The notes below the pieces were generated by a model. The model was given only the letters and a program-made list of their open reading frames with translations. It searched no databases and was not told the DNA's origin. A DNA stretch of 63,161 bases, filler included, from Octopus bimaculoides (Eukaryota), in assembly GCF_001194135.2 (NCBI RefSeq). It is 5 parts of 5 records of this genome, joined end to end, with 100 filler letters (N's around TTAATTAATTAA, not from the genome) between each part and the next. Parts side by side here need not be neighbours in the genome. Positions count along the whole stretch, not along the records: positions 1 to 30,483 come from NC_069008.1; 4 more parts are not named here. One strand, written 5' to 3'. Shown in pieces: positions 1 through 13,054 of the stretch; positions within the stretch are counted from its first letter, which is position 1; every line of letters begins with the position of its first letter. Position numbers and translations under genes: made by a program.

Positions 1-435
1 AACATGTAATATCAACAGTATTTGGCTGGTATTTTTGAAAGTTCATTGATCATGTTCAGATTCTCTTGTTGATTATTACCGTTTTGCTGGATTATGATTT
101 TGGCATTTACCATAGGTCGGAGGCAATTAAAGATGTAAATTAACATAATTGAATGTATCTTTCAGTGTTATATTATGATGGAGATTTTTAATATATGTCA
201 CCGGTGTCACTGAAACATGAGAAAATATATCGACGTCTGTTTGTGTTTCTAATTAGTTGAGCTAAATCTAATTATATTACATTTTGTAATTATCTCATGT
301 TAAGGTGAACGTAGATTTTTGTGGATAAGACAGGGCTACAAACAAGTTTGAGGGTCTGTGTTCCTTCACCAAATGATTAAATATTTCATTTGATCACAGC
401 TTTACATCGTTAATTGGTTGTTCCCTGTTTTACAG

Positions 436-533
436 GACAGGAGAAAAGGCTTTTAATCAACAACAAATCAATCAATGAACTTTCCTTACCCTTCCTCGCT
501 TTTCATTTGGACTTTACATGAAACATTCTACTG
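436..533 (+). other. Predicted 98-nt 5' leader exon of ZNF-1
   Basis: Preceded by ttccctgttttacAG and followed by GTgagt. Homologous exons with both splice sites lie at 12830-12930, 19852-19949 and 26541-26638. Confidence 0.65.
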
Positions 534-744
534 GTGAGTAGAAAATATATCTACATTACATCTGTTCCACATGTAAACAGAGGACTGTGATATCTAAGAC
601 AAATTGAACCATAACAGATTAACGCACAGGCATTTGTCAGCTTTTAAGAATTGCTCAAGAATTAGCATGGAGAACGTTGATCACTTGGACATTTATAAAA
701 CAACTGTTGTTAACAATATAGATACCTCAGAGAGACAGACATAG

Positions 745-895
745 ATGAGAAACCAGCAGGGGAAAAATATTCCCGAAAATCACATTTGAAGGGAGATATT
801 CTCTTCGCAACATGAAGTCTTTGCACAATAAGGAAAAACCTTTTCGTTGCGAAATATGTGGGAAGAACAACTTTATAAGTTAGAGATTCCCTTAC
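745..895 (+). pseudogene. Decayed C2H2 finger relic in the ZNF-1 intron
   Basis: Reads KYSRKSHLK in one frame and KEKPFRCEICGK followed by a stop in another. Paralogous to the relic near 6900. Confidence 0.55.
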
Positions 896-1113
896 TGATG
901 GTGATGAATATGAGGTTAGTAATACTAAAGATAACGAGGAATTATAAAATATCTGTCTTTTAGAAAATTATACGCACACAAATGATGTTTATGACGAGAG
1001 AAGAATGTCACTGTCCACTGTTCTCTCTACTTTAAAATATATACATGATATTACGCAATGTGTAGGTGTAGGTGTAGTTTGCAAATATGTAAGTTTCACA
1101 CAGTGTTCATCAT

Positions 1114-1322
1114 CTCTTTTACTTGTTTCAGTCATTTGACTGCGGCCATGCTGGAGCACCGCCTTTAGTCGAGCAAATCGACCCCAGGACTTATTCTTTG
1201 TAAGCCTAGTACTTATTCTATCGGTCTCCTTTTACCGAACCGCTAAGTTACGGGAAGTAAACACACCAGCATCGGTTGTCAAGCGATGTTGGGGGGGGAC
1301 AAACACACAAACATATACACAC

Positions 1323-1356
<34 letters not shown>

Positions 1357-1405
1357 NNNNNNNNNNCGATGTTGGGGGGGGACAAACACACAAACATATA
1401 CACAC

Positions 1406-1452
<47 letters not shown>

Positions 1453-1614
1453 TATATACGACGGGCTTCTTTCAGTTTCCGTCTACCAAATCCACTCACA
1501 AGGCTTTGGTCGGCCCGAGGCTATAGTAGAAGACAGTTGCCCAAGATGCTATGCAGTGGGACTGAACCCGGAATCATGTGGTTGGTAAGCAAGCTACTTA
1601 CCACACAGCCACTC
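1114..1614 (-). mobile_element. tRNA-derived SINE family A (CORE-like segment, internal AT/AC microsatellite)
   Basis: Minus-strand head gagtggctgtgtggtaag, a ttgggcaactgtctt CORE-like motif and a gactgaaacaagtaaaag 3' end. Many copies occur in the window. Confidence 0.85.
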
Positions 1615-2148
1615 ATCCATCTTCAATGCAGGCATGGGTTGGACGGTTTGACAGGAGCTGGCCAGGTAGAAGACTACACCAGGCGCCATTTTGTCTGTTT
1701 TGGCAGGGTTTTTATGGCTGCATGCCCTTCCTAACACCAACCACCCCATAGAGTGGACTAAATGCTTTTCACATGGCACGAGCACAGTTGAGGTCAATTT
1801 AAGCATGGTTTTCATGACTGAATGCCCTTACTTCACAGTGTGGACTGGATGCTTTTCACACTTGATTGAAGCCAACAAGATTATTCACTATTTTACCTAT
1901 AATAATTGTGGCCATCTTTTTGTTAGATGATATAATTTGTTTATCAATATAAAAATGTAGTAAAATTTTCATTTTCATCTCTCTTCTATATCTAATATTG
2001 TTTCTTTATTATTTCAGATTAACAGATGACATTGTCATGAAAGAACTTTTGTACTTTGGATACATCTTGAATATTTATCACATTTTAAAGATTAAAGGAA
2101 AATGTTATAAAGAATGGGTATAAATATATTTCTATAAATCTTGAAGAG

Positions 2149-3012
2149 ATGTCAAAAGATATACAAAAATCATCATATCTTTGTGATATCTGCAATAAGT
2201 CATTCTCAAGAAGTAGTGACTTACTTAAACATATACGTATTCATACAGGAGAGAAGCCATTTCATTGTGATATCTGTGGTAAATTATTCTCTCAGAAAGG
2301 TAACTTAATTATTCACAAACGTTTTCATACAGGAGAGAAGTTATATCATTGTGATATCTGTGGTAAATCATTCTCTGTTACTAGTCATTTACATAGACAC
2401 AAACGTATTCACACAGGAGAAAAGCCATTTCTCTGTGATGTCTGTGGTAAATCATTCTCTGAAGCAGATCACTTAACAACTCACACACATATGCATACAG
2501 GAGAGAAACCATATTGCTGTGATATCTGTGGTAAATCATTCTCTGTAGATAGTAACTTAACTCGACACAAACGTATTCATACTGGAGAGAAACCATATCA
2601 CTGTGATGTCTGTGGTAAATCATTCTCTAACAGAAGTACCTTAACTAGACACAGATATATTCACACAGGAGAAAATCTATATCACTGTGATATTTGTGGT
2701 AAATCATTCTCTGCAAGTGGTGACTTAACAATGCACAAACGTGTTCATACAGGAGAGAAATCTTTTGAATGTGACATCTGTGGTAAATCATTCTCTGTTA
2801 CTAGTCACTTAACTAGACACAAACGTATTCACACAGGAGAGAAACCTTTTGACTGTCATATTTGTGGCAAATCATTTTCTCGAATTGATTATTTGAGTAA
2901 ACACAAACATGTTCATATAAGAGAAAATCAATTTCCCTGTGATATCTGTGGTAAATCATTTTCTCAAAAAGGCAACTTAACTACACATATATCTATCCAT
3001 ACAAAAGTGTGA
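2149..3012 (+). CDS. ZNF-1: C2H2 zinc-finger protein, 287 aa, 10 tandem fingers, no effector domain visible
   Basis: Ten CxxC-x12-HxxxH repeats with TGEKP-type linkers. Splice acceptor tttcAG ends at 2017. The sequence after the stop resembles an 11th finger relic. Confidence 0.9.
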   Translation: MSKDIQKSSYLCDICNKSFSRSSDLLKHIRIHTGEKPFHCDICGKLFSQKGNLIIHKRFHTGEKLYHCDICGKSFSVTSHLHRHKRIHTGEKPFLCDVCGKSFSEADHLTTHTHMHTGEKPYCCDICGKSFSVDSNLTRHKRIHTGEKPYHCDVCGKSFSNRSTLTRHRYIHTGENLYHCDICGKSFSASGDLTMHKRVHTGEKSFECDICGKSFSVTSHLTRHKRIHTGEKPFDCHICGKSFSRIDYLSKHKHVHIRENQFPCDICGKSFSQKGNLTTHISIHTKV

Positions 3013-3516
3013 CTGTATCATTGTTAAATTTCTTCACAACACACAACAACCTACGTTTTTAGAACATTATGCACTTGACAGTAATCAATTACCCCATGAC
3101 AATAAAGCTTTTATGTGGGATGCAAAAAGTTACCTGGACATATGCTGCTTGTTAAAATTCATTCTTAACTAGACATGTATCTATCCATACAAAAGTATGA
3201 CTTTATGATTGTAAAATTTCTTTACAACAAACAAGTAACACTTTCAGATCATTTTCCCTGCTAAACCATGGATTAGCTTTGTGGACTTTACAATAATCCA
3301 TGAACCTTTGGCAATAATCATATCTCTCATGGTTGTTTGAGGAGTTGTTTTACAGCCAGAAGCCCTTCCTTATGCCAACCATTTTAGTAACCTTTTATGA
3401 TGGACATAAAAGGTTACTTGGACACAAGCTGCTTGTTAAAATCCATTCTATTTAAGGAAATAACTTGTATAACCATAAATGTATTCCCGTGGGAAAGAAG
3501 ATACAGCAGTGTGATA

Positions 3517-3737
3517 ACAAGCTGCTGTCACTATATTTTATATCACCACAGTTATATCAACATTGATGAGATAACATGTTATTGTAATATTTTAGATAAA
3601 AAGCATTCTCATAAATATTCAATATAACATATTTCCAGGATATAGGAAAGATATTGTTGGGTAAATAACTGAGAAATATATTCTCAGAGATGTGTAATAA
3701 TATCACTGCATCATCTGTTATGATATCAGTAAATAAA
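3517..3737 (+). other. 3' UTR block ending in AATAAA, shared with ZNF-3
   Basis: Nearly identical to 15945-16161. AATAAA at 3732-3737. Confidence 0.7.
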
Positions 3738-3849
3738 CTCTAACACAAAATATTTCATAATACCGTAATATATGTTTGTGTGTTTTATTTTATGTATCTG
3801 TTTATACATATGTATACTTTCTTTTCTAATTCTGTGAAAATTTAATTTC

Positions 3850-3962
3850 GCGTGTATGCTAATGATCTTGCCTTCACAACAGATTCTGTATCAGAGGTAG
3901 AAAAGAAATTCCAATACTGAATCAAAACCTGGAATCTAAGGGCTTTAAGATTAACTTGACCT
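3850..3962 (+). mobile_element. RTE-like LINE RT fragment
   Basis: YANDLAFTTDSVSEVEKKFQ, then NLESKGFKINL after a frameshift (degenerate YADD region). Confidence 0.6.
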
Positions 3963-3989
3963 AGTCTTTACCACCAATACAGACTTCAT

Positions 3990-4320
3990 TCACAAAGTTC
4001 AGGTCGTTCCCACAGCTATTTCCAGCCAAAGCATTATACAATTATCTGTATATGGTACAAAGAGGGTAACATACACAAGTAACCTCAAATATGACTCACT
4101 CATCACGAGCTTGAGTTTCAGGAAGGCTGACTGGAAAGATATCAAAGCCAAAATCCTCAAAAGAAATTGGTCTCAGACTATTAGCAACCTCAATATTAAC
4201 ATGGGAATGAAGTTTTTGTATGAAGAGCTAATCAAGATCTGTCAAAAGCATATACCAAATAAATGCCTATTCCCACAAGAACTTGAGTCCATGAGATATA
4301 TGGAAACTAATACATAACAG
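3990..4320 (+). mobile_element. CR1/L2-like LINE ORF2 relic
   Basis: SFRKADWKDIKAKILKRNW...LIKICQKHIP resembles the endonuclease-RT spacer of CR1-group LINEs. Confidence 0.5.
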
Positions 4321-4554
4321 ATTCAAACACAACCAGATTGGATCTCGAATGGATCAAAATGCATCATGTGCTAATGATCCATCACAAATATCCATATTCT
4401 TGAGTGAAGAAATGTAACAATACATTTTGCCAACCTATAGTTAACAAAATTATACATGATCCAAACGAATTTTTTGATCCCCACAACTCAACTGCAGAGA
4501 CACCTCTAAAAATCAATGATAGCATCGAAGATGATGCACTTACAAGTGTTACTT

Positions 4555-4980
4555 TTCTATTCTAGGCACAAGGCCCGAAATTTTTTTGGGGGTGGGGTCG
4601 ATTAGGTCGACCCCTGTACGCAACTAGTACTTAATCTATCGACCCTGAAAAGATGAAAAGCAAAGTTGATCTTGGCAGAATTTGAACCCAGAATATAAAA
4701 ATAAACGAAATGGCGCTAAGCATTTCATCCAGCATGCTAATGTTTCTTATTTCTTTATTGCCCACAAGGGGCTAAATAAACATAGGGGGGACGAACAAGG
4801 ACAGACAAACGGATTAAGTCGATTACATCGACCCAGTGCGTAATTGGTACTTAATTCATCGACCCCAAAAGGACAAAAGGCAAAGTCGACCTCGGTGGAC
4901 TTTGAACTCAGAACGTACCGGCAGACGAAATGCCGCTAAGCATTTCGCCCGGTGTGCTAACGTTTCTGCCAGCTCACCGC
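4555..4980 (-). mobile_element. Two adjacent copies of SINE family B
   Basis: Core gactttgcctttcatcctttcggggtcgat...aagtaccag, recurring at 15780, 18810, 20225, 32205 and 58020. Confidence 0.8.
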
Positions 4981-6094
4981 TTTGCTTGCAGCTATTACTA
5001 AGAGACAAACTGAGCATTTGTACAAGATGGTCTCCCATCCATCTTGTTAAAATATGCAAAATCCGCCTCATGAAATCGTTAAAGGTGCTATTTCTAAAGT
5101 TGACTGATACCAACATATTCCCAGGACTATCATGGAACGGATGGGCAAAACTTCGGCATATAAGAGAATTTCAATGAACAAACCCTTATACGCTGTCAAC
5201 TTCCAAATATACTATCTTTGAAACCATGAGCAAAGATACTCGATTGTACCATTGTTATAGTTAGAGGTCCCCAACTGTTCAACTAGCTAAGTTAATCAGA
5301 AATATAAAAGGGAATTCTACTGAACCATTTTTAAAAAAAAAATCCCCAAAATCATTGGATGAACTCTTAATGATGATACTGTATTAGTCAACCAGTCAAG
5401 GATGCAATCAGGAGAGAAGATCTGCTAGAAAACTCAATCATAGACCACCTTCCTGTCAAAAAGCAACAACAAACTAATAGAAAATGAATTAAGGTGGTGC
5501 TCCAGCTTGGCCGCAGTACTATCATTAAAAGTACACACACACACACACACGTGAATGCGTACTTGTGTGATTTGTCTCGTTTCAATATTGTACCAGGCGG
5601 CAGTCTTTAGGAAGTATTCCCAATGGCACACTGACCGCAGTCTTTTATACCAATGCCAAATACATGCGTCTATAAATGTGTGTATATGTAAATCAGACTG
5701 GAACCGGTTTACCAATTCCAGTTAAACAGTGTAATCCATGGAAACCAGACGCCAAATGATGATGATGATGATATATCTATATATATATTTATAAAATAAT
5801 ACAATATATTAAATATATTATAACATAGGTGGGCCATTATCAATTAAAACCTAAAGATAAGTTAATGAACAAGGGTACAAAATAGTACCAGCATTGCTAT
5901 ATATATATATATATAGCAATGTTGGTACTCTTTTAGTGCTTTTCTTTCTCCGTCTTCCCTTCTTTGGACTATTTCTATATTTCTGCTTGAAACGTGAAAT
6001 CCCCTTTCTTTTCTTTCCTTTCCTGAGCGTCCAATAACACTGTACTTATTCCACGTCCCCGCGTTGTTTTTTCTTGCTTGTTCATGTTTGGATT

Positions 6095-6133
<39 letters not shown>

Positions 6134-6181
6134 CACATGCAAATATATATATATATATATATATATATAATGTATATATAT

Positions 6182-6210
6182 ACTAGTTGAATAGCCCATC
6201 GTTGCCAGGC
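6182..6210 (-). mobile_element. Helitron-type 3' terminus
   Basis: Minus strand reads cctggcaacgatgggctattcaaCTAG|T, similar to the ends at 13841 and 24478. Confidence 0.45.
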
Positions 6211-6946
6211 AATTTTTACAACAAAGTGTCTTCTACAAATTTTTATTTATTCCATGTCAGGGCATGCCTTCTCTGACAGTTAAGCTTCTTAATCAGGAGA
6301 TATTTGTGCAATTTTTTGCCAAAAAACTTCGTTGAGGATTCTTTTCCTTTTTAAATTATTTACTTAACTGTTTGACCATTCCACATGAGTTTCAGCTTTG
6401 GTCGTCGTAATGCTTTGCTTTGGTTAATGAAAATTCCTCCTCCTAATGATTTTGCTTTCATTTCATGATAGACACCTATCATGCAGAAAATGGCCAGCTT
6501 ACAAATCCTGTTTTCCAATTAGGTAAAACTGATTAAACTTTAAACCTCAGTAACATTTTTCTGCAACTCTTCTGGAACAATTAAATAACAAAATTGGATT
6601 TAATATGGGAAATTATTTTAATATACCAAATTTGGAAGTAATATAAACGTCCTAAATTCAGTGGCGGCGTTAATGAAGATGTTACGCGTTAATTTAATGT
6701 GTTAAACTTATACATAGATATATATATACAAGATTTGTACGGATATGAGAGTTAGAACTTGTTAAATGCCCGTGGAACTTTTGCTTTGGAAACGTTTGGT
6801 CGCCGCATTAAAAAGTTTCTCCACCCCTGGTATAGATGTATGAAAGGTTAAAGAATTCTGCCAGATTTCTACCTTAAATTATTTCTAAATATTGCAGAAC
6901 ATTCTCTTAGCAAAATGAAGTCTTCATATTCAAAGAAACACGCAGT

Positions 6947-7325
6947 AAAGAGAAACCGTTTCATTGTGAAATATGTGTAAAACCATTTATGGCTAATTCT
7001 CATGATGCAGTTGGCATAGGTAGTCACACAGGAGAAAAACCATTCCACTGTGAAATGTGTAGGAAATATTTTGTGATGAACAGAGATTTAACAAAACACG
7101 ATTTCAATTCCTAGACTGAGTGGTGCATTGTGTTCTTGAACAAGTCACTTTATCTCACATTGCTCTGTGATCACTTTGACATTTGATGCATGGTACACCT
7201 GTGTGCACCTGTTCAGACAACGTCAATTTGATGGAGAGAGTGAACTAATGTGTGGCATGAACATCAGAGAAAAATGCTATGATTGTGAAGAATGTGGGAA
7301 CAACTTCCATAGAGATTGCTTTATG
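6947..7325 (+). pseudogene. Relic C2H2 gene fragment interrupted by a SINE piece
   Basis: KEKPFHCEICVKPF...[17 protein letters not shown]...LTKH with a stop at 7112-7114. After the ~7115-7260 insert it resumes as REKCYDCEECGNNF. Confidence 0.7.
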
Positions 7326-7519
7326 GGTAATGATGGAAATGACATAATTTTAAATAGGAGAAAGAATTGTCTTTTAAACCACACACAAAACAGACATCAC
7401 TCCACACACAGCTGCTTGTACACATACACACTCACAAGCCTATGTGTTTGTGCACACACACACGATAATCCCATGCACTTCAGTTCCATTCACACAATCA
7501 CACTTACTTCTTTTTAAGA

Positions 7520-9133
<1,614 letters not shown>

Positions 9134-9661
9134 TTCTCCAAGGAATAAAAACAAAACCAAATCCTTTAGCTGTTTCACTGTATTACATTAATCCCTTGAA
9201 ATTATTCTTTGTTCATCTCAATATTTCAATGGTTTTCTTGTTTCTGTTTTTACACAAATACCTCTATGGTTACCAACTGTGATCTTCATCAATATCTAAA
9301 GATGCTGCAAACTCCTTTAGAAATATATTCAAGTTTAATTAGAATGCAAAAGCACCAGATTAAGAGATAGAGAAATGTTGCTATGAATCTCAGGTGACAG
9401 CAAATATTTCATAGTAATTCAACCCTTTGTTGTTAAAAAAACTGATAAATATTCCAGATGTATCCAATGTTAAAAAGGTTGTTTTGTGCCAATGTCATCC
9501 GTTAATCTGAAATAATAAAGAAACAGTATTAGATATACAGGAGAGATCAAAATGGAAATATTGCAACAATTCTATATTAACAAATGACATCATATAATAT
9601 TGGGTGAAATCTAAAAATTTCTAAACTACAGCTACACCTTCATATTGTGTAAGATTATATC

Positions 9662-10052
9662 TTTTATCTTTTACCTGTTCCAGTCATTACACTGTGGCCA
9701 TGCTGGAGCACCACACTGGAGAAATTTAGGCAAATGAATTGATCTCAATACTTATAAATTATTCTATAGGTTTCATTGTTATTTATTGTATTCGTCTCTT
9801 TTGCTGAACTGACAAGTTACAGGGATATAAACGTACCAACACAGGTTGTCAAGTCTTGGCGGTAGGGAAACAAACACACACATACTTGAATGTATATATG
9901 GCAGGCTTCTTTTAGTTTCCATTTTACCAAATCCTCGTGTAGCGCTTCAGCCTATGGCTATAGTAAAAGACACTTGCCCAAGGTGCCATACAGTGGAACT
10001 GAACCCAGAACCATATGGTTGGGAAGCAAACTTCTTACCACACAGCCACACC
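9662..10052 (-). mobile_element. SINE family A copy in the ZNF-2 intron, inherited by duplication
   Basis: Inverted near-identical copy at 21560-21952 and a 3' part at 27925-28120, at the same position in each unit. Confidence 0.85.
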
Positions 10053-11158
10053 TGGGCCCAGTAGGGGACAATAACATTCTTCTTTTACCAGGAACTTCAT
10101 TGGTCATTGTTGTTTAGCCTTGGATCAGTTCTGACTGAACATACTTACGATCACAGACGTTCCACTTATGACCATCCTGTCTTTCCTTCAGACATTATCT
10201 ATTCGGGATTACATCAACAAACATAGCCTTCAATTTTCAGGGTAGATAGTATTAATTTGAATGGAACTTAACTGCTGTCTCTAGCAGCTGAAGGGACCCT
10301 ACAATGACTTTCACAGTGGCTTATTGTTTAGCCCTGGGCCAGCTGACTTAACACATTCATAATGAATGCATACATACATATATCTATCCCCCATCCTCAT
10401 AACACTACTATCCCCTACCTCCCCTACCAAGAAATACCCACATACCTAGATTGGCCTTCATACCGTAACCTAGCGGTTCGGCAAAAGAGACCGATAGAAT
10501 GAGTACTAGGCTTCCAAAGAATAAGTCCTAGGGTCGCCCACGTTTTAGGCTATGGAGATTCCGATTCTGAAAAAAAAATTTTCAAAAATCTCAATTTCAA
10601 AATTTCGATTCACCCCCCCTCCCCCAGGTTTTTATATAGATCCACAGTGTAAACCTAACCCTAACTCAAACCCTAACCCTGACCCTAACCCTAACGTCAA
10701 TCAAATCACGTGTGTGATTTATTTATAAACAGAGATGTACGGAGAATACTGGTAAGACGTTCAGTTACTTCCCTTGAATATTTTTTANNNNNNNNNNNNN
10801 NNNNNNNNNNNNNNNNNNNNNNNNNNNNNNNNNNNNNNNNNNNNNNNNNNNNNNNNNNNNNNNNNNNNNNNNNNNNNNNNNNNNNNNNNNNNNNNNNNNN
10901 NNNNNNNNNNNNNNNNNNNNNNNNNNNNNNNNNNNNNNNNNNNNNNNNNNNNNNNNNNNNNNNNNNNNNNNNNNNNNNNNNNNNNNNNNNNNNNNNNNNN
11001 NNNNNNNNNNNNNNNNNNNNNNNNNNNNNNNNNNNNNNNNNNNNNNNNNNNNNNNNNNNNNNNNNNNNAATAAGGGGGGGAAAGGTTCAGATTACATATA
11101 GTCCGTCTCCGCCCTGGCCTTCTGCCAAGTTTTGAAACCGATATTCAGGAACATTTTT

Positions 11159-11402
11159 GGGTAATCTTCAAGTTTAGGGGGAGAAAAAAAATAAATAAAA
11201 ATATTCAAGGGAAATAACTGAACGACTTACTAGTATTATCCGTTTTCTTCTAGCTGTTTATAAATAAATCACACCCTAACCCTAACGTCAATCAAATCAC
11301 GTGTGTGATTTATTTATAAACAGAGATGTACGGAGAATACTGGTAAGACGTTCAGTTACTTCCCTTGAATATTTTTTATCCCCCTAAACTTGAAGATTAC
11401 CC
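11159..11402. mobile_element. MITE with ~110-bp TIRs (GGGTAATCTTCAAG...) and a 6-bp TSD ATTTTT
   Basis: TSDs at 11153-11158 and 11403-11408. The paralogous empty site in unit 4 (~20175-20190) has a single AAAAAT. Confidence 0.85.
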
Positions 11403-11578
11403 ATTTTTGCCTACAGCTTTCTCATCTCCGCCTGTCTCTCTGGCGGTATCCATATTATTGAAAACAGTAGTATTACAAATGTACAGGCGATTAAAATTCT
11501 TATCAATATTTCTTGAGCAATTCTTAAAGCTAACAAGTGTATGAGTTAATTAATTACGGTTAAAGTTTTACTACTTAC

Positions 11579-11585
11579 CGCTTGC
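11579..11585 (-). other. Predicted 7-nt micro-exon (GCAAGCG) of ZNF-2
   Basis: Minus strand ccctactttacAG|GCAAGCG|GTaagtag. Both flanks align with the introns around the 98-nt exon of the other units. Confidence 0.45.
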
Positions 11586-12164
11586 CTGTAAAGTAGGGAA
11601 CAACCAATTAACGATGTAAAGCTGTGATCAAATGAAATATTTAATCTCGAAGGTGAAGGAACGCCGATAGTAAAACACGCAATTGGCCCAATTTTATATC
11701 CGAGATAATTAACACATCATTATATTTAGTTCTGTTAATTACAAAAACATAGAATGCACGACGTAGTTGATAACTTGCCCGCGTTTCCATGAGGTCGGTG
11801 ACATATATTAAAAGTTCCCCCAAGTAATAGAACTCCAAGAAACAGCTTCGACTCTTTTAATGTATGTTTTGAATTGTATCTCATCACTAGTAAATGCCAA
11901 AATCATAATCCAGCTAAATAGTAATTACGTATCAACAAGTGAGGGTTTACACAATCACTGAACCTGTAAAAATAGCAGCCAAATACACCTGACATTACAT
12001 GTTACTTTTAGAAGGCTTTTGGTCGTATTTCAGTGAAATTAACTCAACGAATTAGAAAGACATTGATTAAGCAGCGGAGTTGATTATTTGAAAATCTTCC
12101 ATTCGTTTGAAATGACGTCAATATTAAAAGATAGCAACATTATTTAATACATTAAAAACACGTT

Positions 12165-12321
12165 CCATCACCTTCATAATTAAATATTTCATTTGAATAC
12201 AGCTTACATGGTTGAATGGTTGTTTCCTATATTAGAGAACATGGGAAAAGGCTTTAAATCAACAACAAATCGATCGATGAACTTTCCACGCCTTTCTACC
12301 CTTTTCATTAACAGAAAATAA
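12165..12321 (+). promoter_or_regulatory. Inverted copy of the leader-exon module upstream of ZNF-2
   Basis: Homologous to ~360-510 and encodes MNFPRLSTLFINRK* at 12277-12321. Confidence 0.6.
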
Positions 12322-12829
12322 TATTCATGATGCATATGACTGGAGGGAGAAGTCAGGTATTTCTGATTAACAACGAGGATTTCCTGTAGGACAACCTGCT
12401 TAGGATTACAGATGAGATGTGCGGCTGGGGTGAGATAAAATAGTTGATCAATATCTCCCTCTGCCCCACTCATTCCTACCCACCTTGTACTACCTTTAGT
12501 CGAACAAATTGACTAAAGGTAGTGCTCCAGCATGGCCGATGTCAAACGCGTAAGAGAAATAGAAGAAATAAAATTAATATAGCCGAGACTGTTTCTGGGT
12601 GTATATGATGTTGGGAACTTTTAAAATATGTCACCGGCCTCATTGACACTCTGGAAAATTATCAAGGGCACAGTCTATTCTTTGTGTTTCTAATTAATTG
12701 AACTAAATTTATTGTGTATAAAATTAGGCCAACTGCATGTTTGAGGATCGGTGTTCTTTCACCTTCCTGATTAAATATTTCCTTTGATCACATCTTTACA
12801 ACGTTAATTGGTTGTTCCCTATTTTACAG

Positions 12830-12930
12830 GACGTGGGGAAATGGCTTTTAAGCAACAACAAATTAGTTAATGAACTTTCCCCCAACCTTCTTCACTTTTT
12901 AATTTGGACTTTATATCAAACATTCTATTG
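12830..12930 (+). other. Predicted 101-nt leader exon of ZNF-3
   Basis: attttacAG|...|GTgagt, homologous to 436-533. Confidence 0.65.
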
Positions 12931-13054
12931 GTGAGTATAAAATATATCTGCATTGCATCTGCCAGCGTCACTTAGGACTCATGGGATCTTTGACTGCTTT
13001 AAGTTCTCCAAAACGGAAACAATCGCTGAGTGGAAAAATCAATAAACCGATTCC

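Noticed and set aside
1285-1445. Apparent tandem duplication around a 10-N gap (also 18895-19000, and possibly 10675-10786 versus 11270-11378)
   Set aside because: The same sequence on both sides of a gap is typical of unmerged contig overlaps.
1232-1734. Overlapping ORFs rich in YI/HT/CV
   Set aside because: They are translations of a SINE with an internal dinucleotide microsatellite and an N gap.
9134-9178. 15-aa N-terminal extension MKQLKDLVLFLFLGE (also 28656-28700)
   Set aside because: It starts at a GTG. The ATG of MSK is the shared start in all paralogs, and ZNF-1 lacks this segment.
10655-10695. Interstitial telomere
   Set aside because: The CCCTAA repeats are short, degenerate and lie inside transposon-like sequence.
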